Of a stretch of DNA of 64,000 bases, positions 62,615 through 64,000 are shown piece by piece. The translations under genes and the position numbers were made by a program. The stretch lies in contig CAVSPA010000005.1 of the NCBI GenBank assembly GCA_963729715.1, positions 512,001 through 576,000 of the forward strand. The letters are read 5' to 3'. The number at the start of each line of letters is the position of its first letter. Position 1 is the first letter of the stretch. The notes under the pieces are model-generated. The model searched no databases and was not told where the DNA came from. It worked only from the letters and a program-made list of their open reading frames with translations. This DNA comes from an uncultured delta proteobacterium. GTDB lineage: Bacteria > Desulfobacterota > Syntrophia > Syntrophales > UBA2185.

Positions 62615-62642
62615 ATTTTAATAAAATGCCATATATTGTCAA
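62615..62642 (-). promoter_or_regulatory. Candidate sigma70 promoter for the FmdB-family gene
   Basis: TTGACA-16nt-TAAAAT on the minus strand. Confidence 0.55.
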
Positions 62643-62672
62643 GCAGAGTAATAAAGGAGCTTCGGAAATACC

Positions 62673-63128
62673 ATGTCGAAGATATTAATAATATATCAGT
62701 CGCAGACAGGAAACACGGAAAAGATGGCTCAGGCCGTCGCGGATGGAGCCCGAATCATTGAAAATACGGAAGTGGTTCTAAAGAGGGCGGGGGATGCTAC
62801 CCTCGATGACCTCTTGGGATCGGCCGGATTGGCGATCGGCACGCCGGAAAACTTCGGTTATATGTCAGGCATGGTCAAGGATTTTTTTGATCGGACTTAT
62901 TACCCAGCCGGAGACAAGGTCTTCCGGAAACCCTATGTGGTATTCATCAGCGCCGGCAATGACGGGACGGGCGCCTTAAGAGCCATCGAACTCATAGCCT
63001 TAGGCTACAAGTTTAAAATGGTCTACGACCCAGTGATCTCCAAGGGCAAGCTAACTGACGACGACCTGGCAAAGTGTCGTGAATTGGGCAGCACCCTTGC
63101 AGCGGGCTGCCAGGCCGGCATATATTAG
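62673..63128 (+). CDS. Flavodoxin-like (WrbA-type) protein
   Basis: IYQSQTGNTEKMAQAV, GTPENFGYMSG..KDFFDR. Confidence 0.88.
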   Translation: MSKILIIYQSQTGNTEKMAQAVADGARIIENTEVVLKRAGDATLDDLLGSAGLAIGTPENFGYMSGMVKDFFDRTYYPAGDKVFRKPYVVFISAGNDGTGALRAIELIALGYKFKMVYDPVISKGKLTDDDLAKCRELGSTLAAGCQAGIY

Positions 63129-63143
63129 AGGGCATCCTCAAAT

Positions 63144-64000
63144 TTATCTTTGCGGTTCAATTATCACCTTGAGTGATTCCCCTCCATCAGCAACAAGCCG
63201 GAAACCGTCACCGGTCTTATCGAGAGGCAATCTTTGTGTGATCATCTTCCCCACGGGCACACGTCCCGACCTGATGAGCTCTATCGCCACGGTCGCATCG
63301 AGGGGGCTGTTGCCGTATGACGGCATCAACTTAATCTCGTTGCGCCAGAATTCATTGAGGGGGACGGATAGCTCCACATCCGGTTCCGTTGTGGCAAAGC
63401 ACAGGATCGTCCCGCCGCGGTCCACGGCCTTCAGGGCCTGGCGGAAGGCAACCGGCGCCCCCGCACAGACGATAACAAGATCGGCAAGCCTGCCCTTATT
63501 AATTCGCCGGACACTCTCAGGTGTATCTTCTGCGGCGTGAAGAACTGCGTCTGCCCCGAATGTCTTCGCTGTCTGCAGCCGGTATTCGCTGACGTCCGTC
63601 GCCATAATGCGTCCGGCCCCGAGGGTTCTCGCCAAAAGAAGATGGAGAAGGCCGGAGATGCCGCTTCCCAGAATCAGTACGGACTGGCCTGCCTGAAGAT
63701 TTGCCACACGCTGCCCGCGGACGACACAGGCCAGCGGTTCGATGAAGACTCCGTCTTCAAACGAGAGCTCCTCCGGCAGGAGAAACACGCCTCGATCCAC
63801 ATTGAGTTTGGGTACTCTGATATATTCGGCAAAACCGCCGGGGTCATAGTTCGTAGTATGCAATGTCTCACAGGCGGTGTGATAACCCATAAGGCAATAA
63901 TGGCAGGTATTGCATGGAATATGGTGGGAGACAAAGACCCTGTCGCCGATTTTGTAGCGCCCTACCCCTTCCCCTATTTCGACGACCTCTCCCGCGATCT
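63144..64000 (-). CDS. Zinc-dependent alcohol/polyol dehydrogenase (5' end outside window)
   Basis: Frame open to the edge: IAGEVVEIG...PCNTCHYC...AC, GGFAEY, EPLAC, GSGISG. Confidence 0.92.
   Translation of the reverse strand, partial: IAGEVVEIGEGVGRYKIGDRVFVSHHIPCNTCHYCLMGYHTACETLHTTNYDPGGFAEYIRVPKLNVDRGVFLLPEELSFEDGVFIEPLACVVRGQRVANLQAGQSVLILGSGISGLLHLLLARTLGAGRIMATDVSEYRLQTAKTFGADAVLHAAEDTPESVRRINKGRLADLVIVCAGAPVAFRQALKAVDRGGTILCFATTEPDVELSVPLNEFWRNEIKLMPSYGNSPLDATVAIELIRSGRVPVGKMITQRLPLDKTGDGFRLVADGGESLKVIIEPQR

Noticed and set aside
1..64000. CRISPR array, tRNA, rRNA or prophage
   Set aside because: No regularly spaced repeat-spacer units, cloverleafs, rRNA signatures or phage genes were recognised by eye; a covariance-model scan would be needed to exclude small RNAs

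Overview
A roughly 50% GC chromosomal window. The gene content suggests an anaerobic deltaproteobacterium (Desulfobacterota, Syntrophales-like), which is an inference. Metabolic and housekeeping genes include thiME, fabD, degP, pdxST, hisHF, mnmG, a three-gene split glutamate synthase, glnA, carA-guaA-carB, purF and a pfk with PPi-type residues. There is also a Phd/ParE toxin-antitoxin islet and an MCE/Mla-like transporter whose ATPase subunit is truncated and degenerate. Three mobile elements have resolvable ends. (i) A 629-bp tnpA-only IS200/IS605 element at 23063-23691 sits inside what reconstitutes as a TTGACA -35 box. (ii) A 192-bp transposase-less relative at 61784-61975 is inserted without target duplication into a DUF2845-like gene and shares a five-hairpin architecture with (i), including compensatory changes. 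(iii) A 1385-bp IS4-family element at 35069-36453 has a 9-bp target duplication. I also found two candidate sigma54 promoters with phased upstream sites, two cryptic pseudogenes and a small gene missed by the ORF track. No CRISPR array, rRNA, tRNA or recognisable riboswitch was seen. All product calls come from motif recognition by eye, and no database search was run.
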